A stretch of DNA of 64,000 nt from Candidatus Bathyarchaeota archaeon. GTDB taxonomy: Archaea > Thermoproteota > Bathyarchaeia > Bathyarchaeales > Bathycorpusculaceae. The position numbers and the translations under genes were made by a program. The notes under the pieces were generated by a model. That model was not told the DNA's origin and ran no database searches. It worked only from the letters and a program-made list of their open reading frames with translations. Where the stretch lies: positions 96,001-160,000 of the forward strand of contig CAVZPM010000039.1 in assembly GCA_963777155.1 (NCBI GenBank), written 5' to 3'. Of this stretch, positions 21,365 to 29,639 are shown piece by piece; within the stretch, counting starts at the first letter, position 1; each line of letters begins with the position of its first letter.

Positions 21365-22114
21365 GTGCGAGGAATCCCACTTCTTATTCTAATATCTTCT
21401 GTTTTTTTCTTATTCATAAGTTACTTGCTTATAGCTCCCAGTTCTGAACAAATGATGATGAGTCCCACCCCTACCCCCACTTCCACGGTAAATAACTCGG
21501 GAGTCTCCTTTGTCTTAATTGGGATAACAATAGTTGTTTCCATTGCAATTGTTGCCCTTTACTTTTTCTATTCAAAAAATAAAACCAAAAAAAGAGAAGT
21601 ATCTCCTGAATCAAAACCTGCAACAATCGCAGGAAGACAACCAGTCGGTTATTCAAGAATAGATGCCAGCGACAAAGTCTTAAGACCTTTCGATGTCTTC
21701 TTGTGCTATAAAAAGAGTTCAGGAAAAGACTACGCTGACCATCTAAAAACAGGCTTAGAAGAGCTTGGTTTACACACGTTCGAGGACTGCAAAGACATCC
21801 CTCAGACCGTCGACACTGAAGAAGGCTGGGCATGTTCTCGCGATAAAGCGTTGGAGGAAAGCAAGTATTTTGTCCTCATTATGACTCCTGGCTTTGATTT
21901 ATCACGTGAGGTGACTAACGAAATTGGAATGGCTAGAAAGCAAACCAATAAAACATTTATTTATTTTAGACATCGGAGCATGGGAAGAAACATAGTAGTT
22001 AATTTGGAAAATGATTCTTTAGACATTGGAAAACTCGAACAAGTATCTTTTGAAACAAAAGAGGAGCTACTACGGCTTGCACATAACATCCTTTTGAAAG
22101 CCAAGACTCCTTAG
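21365..22114 (+). CDS. Membrane-anchored TIR-domain protein
   Basis: Two N-terminal hydrophobic helices, then FDVFLCY...ADHLKTGLEELGLHTFED...ALEESKYFVLIMTPGF...VTNEIGMA (TIR fold, catalytic Glu position retained). Confidence 0.8.
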   Translation: MRGIPLLILISSVFFLFISYLLIAPSSEQMMMSPTPTPTSTVNNSGVSFVLIGITIVVSIAIVALYFFYSKNKTKKREVSPESKPATIAGRQPVGYSRIDASDKVLRPFDVFLCYKKSSGKDYADHLKTGLEELGLHTFEDCKDIPQTVDTEEGWACSRDKALEESKYFVLIMTPGFDLSREVTNEIGMARKQTNKTFIYFRHRSMGRNIVVNLENDSLDIGKLEQVSFETKEELLRLAHNILLKAKTP

Positions 22115-22123
22115 TTCCAGCTT

Positions 22124-22762
22124 CTATTCTGAGCTTCTAACCCAATCGGAAACAATTATTTCGTTAGTATTCCCAAATTCCTTAACAGTGACGATGCCGC
22201 GTTGGGCAAAACGAGCTACGATTCGATGTGTCTTGAGCCTGCTAAGCCCGGCTTCTTTTCCAACATACTTTTGAAGGTACTTTCCTTGATGCGTAACCAA
22301 AACATTCAGAACTTTCTGTTCTTCAGGCGTCATAGTCCTTAACAACACACCACAGGTATTAGATGCAATTTCTGAATTAGCGACAGGTCCCGAATCACTT
22401 TTGTTAGTTTCCATAGAAACGTTGTTTGTATTTGGCATTTCACAGGTTCTTTTAACGTATCTAAGTTGAGGATATGCTAAGTAAAAAGCAACTCCAATTA
22501 CCGATACTGCGACTATGGCAATTAATGCTGTTGGGATTAGCCACAGATAAGAAGTTGATGTTCCATTGCCGTCGCCCATCATTCCGCCCATTCCTCCATA
22601 GTTTCCATTAGTACCCAAATGGGAACCCCACATTTGGCTCATCCAACTTGACCCGTAATAAGACGGGGAAGTAGCAGCTAAATACCAACCCACCAAGGCA
22701 AGAGACAGAAAAACGCTGAGTGTAATTATGAAAATAGTGAGAAAGATGTACAATTTTCGCAT
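22124..22762 (-). CDS. Membrane-anchored winged-HTH regulator with Met/Gly-rich loop
   Basis: Two TM helices around GGMGGMMG; C-terminal MTPEEQKVL...QKYVGKEAGLSRLKTHRIVARFAQRGIV...GNTN. Confidence 0.75.
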   Translation of the reverse strand: MRKLYIFLTIFIITLSVFLSLALVGWYLAATSPSYYGSSWMSQMWGSHLGTNGNYGGMGGMMGDGNGTSTSYLWLIPTALIAIVAVSVIGVAFYLAYPQLRYVKRTCEMPNTNNVSMETNKSDSGPVANSEIASNTCGVLLRTMTPEEQKVLNVLVTHQGKYLQKYVGKEAGLSRLKTHRIVARFAQRGIVTVKEFGNTNEIIVSDWVRSSE

Positions 22763-22839
22763 AATAAAGAAGACTTCATGGCTGAACATTAAGTTTTACC
22801 CAATAAACCATTCATCCACTATATTTCTCCATCTTGGAC

Positions 22840-22868
22840 TGTTTCAGAACTGTTTCATGTTTGTTTCA
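22840..22868. promoter_or_regulatory. Three TGTTTCA direct repeats at 11-bp spacing between divergent genes
   Basis: TGTTTCA at 22840, 22851 and 22862. Confidence 0.6.
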
Positions 22869-22904
22869 GCCAACTGCCATAAGCCTCTATTCACATATTG
22901 TAAT

Positions 22905-23213
22905 ATGGTGATAAATCAAATGCAAAAAACAAAAGTAATAATTGCCTTGGTCGCCGTTGCAGTATTAACGTTGACCATAGTGGGATTAGCCACAGCCCAA
23001 ATAACCGCCAATCAACCCTACACTGCCACAGGCTCCAACAATGGTTTCTGGGGATGGATGGGAAGATGCTTTGGATTCACAACCAACCAACCTTACAACA
23101 ATCCATATGTCGCTCCACCAACCGCAAACAGTCCAATTCCCACCCCAAGTCAAGGCAACGGCAACTACTATGGATTTGGACCGTGCTGGGCACGACTTAA
23201 TCCAATACCATAA
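22905..23213 (+). CDS. Small secreted Gly/Tyr/Cys-rich protein
   Basis: Signal peptide; GFWGWMGRCFG and YYGFGPCW motifs; T-tract after the stop. Confidence 0.65.
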   Translation: MVINQMQKTKVIIALVAVAVLTLTIVGLATAQITANQPYTATGSNNGFWGWMGRCFGFTTNQPYNNPYVAPPTANSPIPTPSQGNGNYYGFGPCWARLNPIP

Positions 23214-23349
23214 TTTTTTTGTGCACAAGAATCTAATCTTTCTCTCTCTGATTCTTCAACAACTGCGAGTTCTTCTTATTCTTCTATCTTCTCACTTACA
23301 GCACTTACTCTACTCACTCACTCGCATCTAAGGACTGTGTTTTTGCAGC

Positions 23350-24264
23350 CTATTTTACCACAGCATGTTTCTGTGATTTCCTCAAAAAGAGTACAGCTAC
23401 CACTACAATGACAAGAACTAACACTATTGCTACAACATAGATAAAGTATGGAAAGCTGTCTGGTTGAACAGGCACAACGGTCTCTTCTGGAGTTCCTAAC
23501 ACATAAACTACTTCGGGATTAATTAGCTGCCCATCGGCTGTCCAAAGGCTATTATCGTAACCTTCAGCTGTCACGTCATATCTGTAAATCTCTTCCAATC
23601 TGCCTCCTTCATTAAACCCGTTTAAAGAAACGGAAAAAGGACCAGTTTCATTAGGTGCTAAGCCTCTGCCTCCTTCCGCTGAGACAGCCAATACATCTCC
23701 ATTCTCTTTGTAATAGGTTACATAGACGCTAAGGCTGTCCATATTTGTTGAGCCCGTGTTTTCTACGTTACCTTCTACATATAATGTGCTGTCAGCTTCA
23801 TGGGAACTGTTTGATGCAATCACAAGGCTAGGGTAATACGTGTCAGCTGGCGAAACTGTCAATACCAAATCGTAGTGGTCAGCTACTCTGAAGTTGCCTT
23901 GGTCATCAAACCTAGAAAACCACATCAGAAAAGGGGATTTTTGACTTGAAAGCAAGGCATGAAGGTAACAAGCGGGAGCATCAGGTAAAGAATCAGACAG
24001 ATATGAGGCGCCAAGAATAGTTCCTGATGCATCGTAGAAGGTAGCGGTCAGATTGAATTTTTGTGCTTCTGACCCAAGATTCTCAACTTCACCAGCGACC
24101 AGGTAGTCGCCTTTGCTAACGGAAAAAGGTGCAGAACCATATGTTTGATAAATTGTTGAAGACAAAACTCTAACATTTTCTTCCCCACTTACTTCGCTAG
24201 AAAAACCGACATATAATAATGATGTTGCTATCAACCCCAACAAGATTAAAGCTCTAATTCTCAT
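23350..24264 (-). CDS. FxLYD-like Ig-domain surface protein with C-terminal TM anchor
   Basis: Two GEVENxG...(F/Y)Y(D/K)xxG repeats, signal peptide, C-terminal TM. Confidence 0.75.
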   Translation of the reverse strand: MRIRALILLGLIATSLLYVGFSSEVSGEENVRVLSSTIYQTYGSAPFSVSKGDYLVAGEVENLGSEAQKFNLTATFYDASGTILGASYLSDSLPDAPACYLHALLSSQKSPFLMWFSRFDDQGNFRVADHYDLVLTVSPADTYYPSLVIASNSSHEADSTLYVEGNVENTGSTNMDSLSVYVTYYKENGDVLAVSAEGGRGLAPNETGPFSVSLNGFNEGGRLEEIYRYDVTAEGYDNSLWTADGQLINPEVVYVLGTPEETVVPVQPDSFPYFIYVVAIVLVLVIVVVAVLFLRKSQKHAVVK

Positions 24265-24504
24265 TTTGGCACCGCTGCTTAATTTGGAGTTAATTCAGCA
24301 TATAACAATTTCGAGATACAATAGACTCTGTATTTACAAATTGCAGCTGTTAAATACAAAGAAAAGTGTTCATCGCTACCAGTTCCTTCTTACTTCGGGA
24401 ATTACCCCACCGCCTCTAAAGGATAATTGTAGTATATTTCACATCTTTTACCTCTAAATTCCCATTTCTCTATCTTAGAGAACACATGGGTTGATACCTC
24501 AATC

Positions 24505-24984
24505 TTAGGCATGATTAGCTCTTACCCCAACTACCACTCCAGCAACATCGGAATGTCCATAGGTTGCATAGATACCGAAACGGAACCCGCCGTAACGGGC
24601 GAAATCGTCTGTTTGCACGAGGAGAGATAATGGGTGACTACCTTTCAAAACAAAAACAATCTTCTCTAGATCTCCTTTTCCTTTTTTTAGGATAGCTGGT
24701 CCTGCGATTTTTGTAAGTTTTCCCTTCTCATTGAATGAGTAAAATCCTGACAATTCAGAACCTTTTTCTTCCAGATATAGCCATCTGCCTTTCAACCGCT
24801 CCTTTAATTCTGGGTTCTGGTCTATCTTTGTAAGTGCCTCTTGATAGGTTAGTGCTCTAAAACCGTTCTGTTTTAGTAGGTTCATCGAGTTTTCCTGATT
24901 GACTTGTGTGTAAGCCAGAAATACTCCAGTAGTGCCAACCTCTCTAAACTCTACTTGTATTGTTTCTTTTGTCATTAGAACCAC
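24505..24984 (-). CDS. Hypothetical protein
   Basis: 159-aa ORF. Confidence 0.6.
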   Translation of the reverse strand: MVLMTKETIQVEFREVGTTGVFLAYTQVNQENSMNLLKQNGFRALTYQEALTKIDQNPELKERLKGRWLYLEEKGSELSGFYSFNEKGKLTKIAGPAILKKGKGDLEKIVFVLKGSHPLSLLVQTDDFARYGGFRFGIYATYGHSDVAGVVVGVRANHA

Positions 24985-25162
24985 AGAATAATTGTGAGCT
25001 TGCTTCCTATTTAGTTTGTTTCTGGGATTATTGGTGGTCTTTTTGCTGCATTTAGGATTTAGATAAGGCTTATAACTAGAAATATGCTTTCAATTTAGTC
25101 CCAGAAAATTACTTTGCCCTAAGGCTGAGACAGCGATATAATTCTCTTCCTGGCATCAAAAC

Positions 25163-25861
25163 TTAGAGGTGTTGTGCTACTATCATGGCGTGTGCTTTGT
25201 CGTAGGGTTCCAAATCGACGATTTCTTTAACGTCGAAACCCCTGTTTCTTAGGATGTTGGCTTCTTGGCGATAGACTGCGTTGGGGTCCATGGTTACGTC
25301 GATGCTTTGGGATTTGCAGGCTAGCATTACCCAGCCTTGGGATTTGAGGAAGACATCAGCGTTGTCCGCCAGCAATTTGGCCTGTTCAGGTTGTGCTACG
25401 TCGCAGTAGATTGTGTCTACTTTTCCTGAGATGAACATGGCATAGCGTTCGGGCATCCGCGCATCTTCCAACATTGGAGAGATGTTGGTTCGGTAAGCAG
25501 CAACGTTATTGACAAGGTCCCGAAGTGAGCGCTGCGCGAATTCAATGCAGTAAACATGTCCGCTGTCGCCTACGATGTCTGAGACGTGGCTGGGAGTGGT
25601 TCCCGAAGCAGCACCCAAATACAACACCTTAAAACCAGGCTCAATAGGAACGTTTTGCACGCCTTTAATGATGCCTCCAGCAAGTTTGCTACGGAAAGCG
25701 TCCCAAACACGGTATTCAACGTATTTGAATTTGAAAAGCCGTTCACCATAAACCCTTAAACCAGGGGTTAAGTTTTTTGTAGCGAGACGTTGTGCGCCGT
25801 CTTCAAGCATTACTTGGTAGATCTCTTTGAATTTTGGGTGCGGTTTAACTTTGAGGTGCAC
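25163..25861 (-). CDS. flpA: Fibrillarin-like rRNA/tRNA 2'-O-methyltransferase
   Basis: VYGE, YRVWDAFRSKL, VLYLGAASGTT.SHVSD, DVAQPEQA, LEPYDKAH. Confidence 0.97.
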   Translation of the reverse strand: MHLKVKPHPKFKEIYQVMLEDGAQRLATKNLTPGLRVYGERLFKFKYVEYRVWDAFRSKLAGGIIKGVQNVPIEPGFKVLYLGAASGTTPSHVSDIVGDSGHVYCIEFAQRSLRDLVNNVAAYRTNISPMLEDARMPERYAMFISGKVDTIYCDVAQPEQAKLLADNADVFLKSQGWVMLACKSQSIDVTMDPNAVYRQEANILRNRGFDVKEIVDLEPYDKAHAMIVAQHL

Positions 25862-27269
25862 GCCTGTCTGGTCCCCGGTTTTGACCGCCACCGCTACTGC
25901 CCCCGCGTCGCTCGCCTCTATCTCGCCCGCCGCCGTAACCAAAATTGCGGCCTCCACCTCCGCCGCCACCGTTTCGTGGTGGTCTTGGACCTCGATCCCC
26001 GCCGCCAAAGTTTTTACCGCCACCTCTGAATCCTCCTCGATCGTCTCTCCGTGGAGGTCGTTGTTCTCGGCGTTCAAATGACCCTTCAGGTCTCGGTTTA
26101 GCTTCTTTTGGTGCTGGCGGTTCCTTGTATTTTTCATGGATTTCTTCTATGCGTTTGTTAATGTCCGCTTTTAATTTGTCTCCGATGTAGTGTCCTCCTC
26201 CGAAGGCGTCTGCTCTGGCTGCGATGGCTAGTTTGCCTGCGATGACTCTAGCGATTTTTCCTCGTTGCCACCTTTTCGCGTCATGGAGCAGGGTGTGCTG
26301 GAAGATTAAGCCGTGTTTTGGTGGTCGGGCTCCTGTTTTTAGGCTACGGAAGAGAGCTTTTTCTGCGCCTATGACTTGGATGGTGCTTGCTGGTCTCATA
26401 GCCAGATTCTGTAAGCTTCCAGCCATAGCGATTAAACGTGCACCCAGAAGGGCACCTGCAACTGAGCGGACGTTAGGTGCCAGTTCCTCCATGGTGTGGT
26501 CAACGTAGTCTTCCATGTTCTTGCGTAACAAATAGAAATCAAGTACGTCCTTAGCTAAGGCTTGTATCATCTCAAGGTCGGCTTCTGCAATGTCTGCGCC
26601 CATGGATGATTCAGCTGCTTTGGCAACAAGTTCGCTTCGTTCTTTCGGAATATTCTCTTTTTCCAGATTGTCAACGGTAAAGTCTTCCCTATCACCCAAG
26701 TTCAAAACAAGCCGTGAATAAGTTTCATGTTTCTCAACTAAGCGGTCAAGTTCAGGGAAGTACACGCCATACCATTCACGGAGTCTACCCATGAATAGGT
26801 TAACGGTTTGGTCTAAACTATCGAGCGTTTGAATGCCTTGAGCAACAATTAGATCGCGCTTTCCAGAGGCACCTTTAATCCTTAGCTTAGCAAGTTCCAA
26901 GCTGACATTGCGATTCCACGTGTTTAGTTCTTGTTCGTCTTGGGCAAAACCTGTTTCGATTGCAACCTCTCCCATACGGGAATGCAACACTGCGGTTTCT
27001 GCTGGCTTGGCAACTTCGACTGCGATTTTCAGCTTCTTTTGAGCTTCCTCTGCCAATTTGGCGGATTCAAAAGCAAACGTGTCATAACCAACGCTTGCTA
27101 AAAGTGTGATTAGTGAAGAGACTTGGTCGGATATTTTTCCCGATTCGGTTCTAAGCAGGCTCTTTGCTGCCGCCTGCGCCTTTTTTGGAAACAATGCTTT
27201 TTCTACTAAGCCGTTATTTTCGTCAAAGGCTGCTACGCCGAAGGGAAATTGAACTATGAATAGTTTCAT
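25845..27269 (-). CDS. nop5: C/D box sRNP protein Nop5 (Nop56/58) with RGG-rich C-terminal tail
   Basis: RLREWYG..FPEL, PASTIQVIGAEKALF, PPKHGLIF, RGKIAR. Confidence 0.96.
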   Translation of the reverse strand: MKLFIVQFPFGVAAFDENNGLVEKALFPKKAQAAAKSLLRTESGKISDQVSSLITLLASVGYDTFAFESAKLAEEAQKKLKIAVEVAKPAETAVLHSRMGEVAIETGFAQDEQELNTWNRNVSLELAKLRIKGASGKRDLIVAQGIQTLDSLDQTVNLFMGRLREWYGVYFPELDRLVEKHETYSRLVLNLGDREDFTVDNLEKENIPKERSELVAKAAESSMGADIAEADLEMIQALAKDVLDFYLLRKNMEDYVDHTMEELAPNVRSVAGALLGARLIAMAGSLQNLAMRPASTIQVIGAEKALFRSLKTGARPPKHGLIFQHTLLHDAKRWQRGKIARVIAGKLAIAARADAFGGGHYIGDKLKADINKRIEEIHEKYKEPPAPKEAKPRPEGSFERREQRPPRRDDRGGFRGGGKNFGGGDRGPRPPRNGGGGGGGRNFGYGGGRDRGERRGGSSGGGQNRGPDRRAPQS

Positions 27270-27563
27270 TTTCTTGGCCCCGATAAACTATGTATTGTCA
27301 CTGCATTGTCTTAATAAATAGTTTCGCTACCCTAAACTTAAAAGAACCGTTTTCTCCATGTTAGGGCTCACGGCAGTTCAGGGAAACTCGCCCATTATTT
27401 AAGGACAAAAACACGATCGAGATTTACCCTTTTCTTTAGCGGCCATTTGAATCGCCATAACAGTTGAAAAATAAAAAAATTGGCAGCCACAGTTTTCGGG
27501 GTCTTAATGTTTTTTATCCTCAAAAAATTTAATAGAACAGCTATAAATTAAGTTCCAACAAGG

Positions 27564-28493
27564 ATGGGCAAACACATACCCGCTCAGAAAACAAAACAAA
27601 AAGCAGCTGAAGCCAAAAATAAAACAGTTACAATTGGGCTTATCCAAACCGTCGTTTCAGAAAACATAGCGGAAAACATGAAAAAAACTGCTGAAAAAAT
27701 TGAACAAGCCGCTAAATTGGGTGCCCAAATCGTGTGCCTCCAAGAACTCTACCGCACAACGTACTTTCCACAGCTGGAAAATCAGGATACAAAGGGCTTA
27801 GCTGAAACCATTCCCGGCAAATCTACAGAGATATTTTCTGGGTTAGCGAAAAAGCATGGAATAGTTATCGTTGCGCCCTTGTTTGAGAAAAGCAGAGAAG
27901 GAAAATTTTACAACACGGCAGTGGTGATTAACTGCGACGGCGAAATAATGGGCACCTACCGGAAAGCCCACATACCTTACGACCCCTACTTCTATGAGAA
28001 AAACTACTTTGAAGCAGGCGACACAGACTATCAGGTTTTTGATACAAGTTATGCTCGAATTGGGGTGCTCATCTGTTATGACCAATGGTTCCCCGAAGCA
28101 GCCCGCATCAATGCTTTGCGAGGTGCAGAAATCATCTTTTATCCAACCGCAATCGGTTACGTTAAAGGCTACACCTCCGCAGATGGAGACTGGCATGACG
28201 CCTGGAAAACCGTGCAGCGTGCCCACGCCATAGCAAACGGAATCCATGTCGCCTCAGTCAACCGAGTAGGCGAGGAGGGCGAGTTGGAGTTTTGGGGTGG
28301 CTCTTTTATCTGCGATAGTTTCGGCAAAGTTGTTGCTGAAGCCAGTACTTCAAAAGAAGAAGTGTTGATTGCAACGTTGGATTTGGGTAAGAACAAGAAA
28401 ATCCAAGAAGGCTGGGGGTTTCTGCGTAATCGACGCCCCGATACATACAAGCAGCTAACCATGGGCGGCAGGAAGGGTGCAGAAGATGAGTAA
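27564..28493 (+). CDS. aguB: N-carbamoylputrescine amidase (nitrilase family)
   Basis: CLQEL, YRKAHIP...FYEKNYF, ICYDQWFPEAAR, RNRRPDTY; adjacent to agmatine deiminase. Confidence 0.88.
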   Translation: MGKHIPAQKTKQKAAEAKNKTVTIGLIQTVVSENIAENMKKTAEKIEQAAKLGAQIVCLQELYRTTYFPQLENQDTKGLAETIPGKSTEIFSGLAKKHGIVIVAPLFEKSREGKFYNTAVVINCDGEIMGTYRKAHIPYDPYFYEKNYFEAGDTDYQVFDTSYARIGVLICYDQWFPEAARINALRGAEIIFYPTAIGYVKGYTSADGDWHDAWKTVQRAHAIANGIHVASVNRVGEEGELEFWGGSFICDSFGKVVAEASTSKEEVLIATLDLGKNKKIQEGWGFLRNRRPDTYKQLTMGGRKGAEDE

Positions 28494-29535
28494 CTCCGAA
28501 AAAAGCTGCCGTGAACAGGGCTTTTGTATGCCTGCAGAATGGGAAAAACACGACGCTATCTGGCTCGCGTGGCCGTATGACCCGACAACTTTTCCGGACC
28601 GGGTGCATCGCGTTGAAGCCGTTTACGTCCAAATAATCAAAGAGATCCATGAGGGTGAACAAGTAAACCTCTTTGTCATCGATCAGCCTACTAAACAGAA
28701 AGCAACAAAGTTGTTTAAAGAAGCGAACATCGACCTAAACAAAATCCATTTCTACGTTTCCGATTATGCTGACGTCTGGTTTAGGGATTATGGCCCCATA
28801 TTTGTTAGAAACCAGAACCACGAGCTTGCAATGGTTCACTGGGATTTTAATTCTTGGGGAGAAAAATACGAAACGCTCTTAAAAGACAAGCAAATCCCTG
28901 CCGTTATAAACCAAAAAATGTCCATTAAATGCTTTAAACCTGGCATCGTTCTGGAAGGTGGCTCAATAGATGTCAACGGCAAAGGAAGCTTGCTGACCAC
29001 AGAGCAATGCCTGCTTAATAAGAATCGTAACCCGCATCTTGGCAAAAAAGACATTGAAAAATTCCTATCCGAATACTTGGGAGTAACCAATTTTATTTGG
29101 CTCAAGAACGGCATTTTGGGCGATGACACCGATGGCCACATCGACGACCTAGCCCGATTCGTCGACCCAGCTACAATCGTTTGCGCTTATCAAGACAACG
29201 AAAACGACGTAGACTACGATGCTCTAAAAGAAAACTATGACATCCTGTGCCAATCGCACGATCAAGACGGCAAAAAATTCCGTATTATCAAGTTACCCAT
29301 GCCCAAAGTCGTCAGCGACGAAGATGAACGACTGCCTGCAAGCTACACAAACTTCTACATCGGCAACCAAAAAGTTCTGGTTCCAGTTTTCGATCACAAA
29401 AACGACTCAAAAGCTCTCTCGATTTTGCAAAAGCTGTTCCCAGCCCGTAAGGTGGTCGGCATCCGATGCGTTGACTTGGTTTACGGCTTTGGCACAATCC
29501 ACTGCATTAGTCAACAACAGCCCTGCGGTGTTTAA
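28486..29535 (+). CDS. aguA: Agmatine deiminase
   Basis: MPAEWE, WFRDYGP, LEGGSI, DTDGHID, GTIHCISQQQP. Confidence 0.93.
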   Translation: MSNSEKSCREQGFCMPAEWEKHDAIWLAWPYDPTTFPDRVHRVEAVYVQIIKEIHEGEQVNLFVIDQPTKQKATKLFKEANIDLNKIHFYVSDYADVWFRDYGPIFVRNQNHELAMVHWDFNSWGEKYETLLKDKQIPAVINQKMSIKCFKPGIVLEGGSIDVNGKGSLLTTEQCLLNKNRNPHLGKKDIEKFLSEYLGVTNFIWLKNGILGDDTDGHIDDLARFVDPATIVCAYQDNENDVDYDALKENYDILCQSHDQDGKKFRIIKLPMPKVVSDEDERLPASYTNFYIGNQKVLVPVFDHKNDSKALSILQKLFPARKVVGIRCVDLVYGFGTIHCISQQQPCGV

Positions 29536-29639
29536 GAGTCAAACATAACATGGCAAAGTCCATTTTTAGTTAAGTTTAAACCCTTAACCTCCATAATAGG
29601 TAAACCCCACAGTTTGAGGAGTTCTGGAGAGAATAGGGC

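Noticed and set aside
17900-25100. CRISPR array or complete casposon near the cas1 fragment
   Set aside because: No regularly spaced repeats, cas2, polB or terminal inverted repeats were seen.
25862-26137. N-terminal extension of fibrillarin in the ORF track
   Set aside because: Off-frame shadow of the GC-rich Nop5 tail; fibrillarin homology starts at about 25861.
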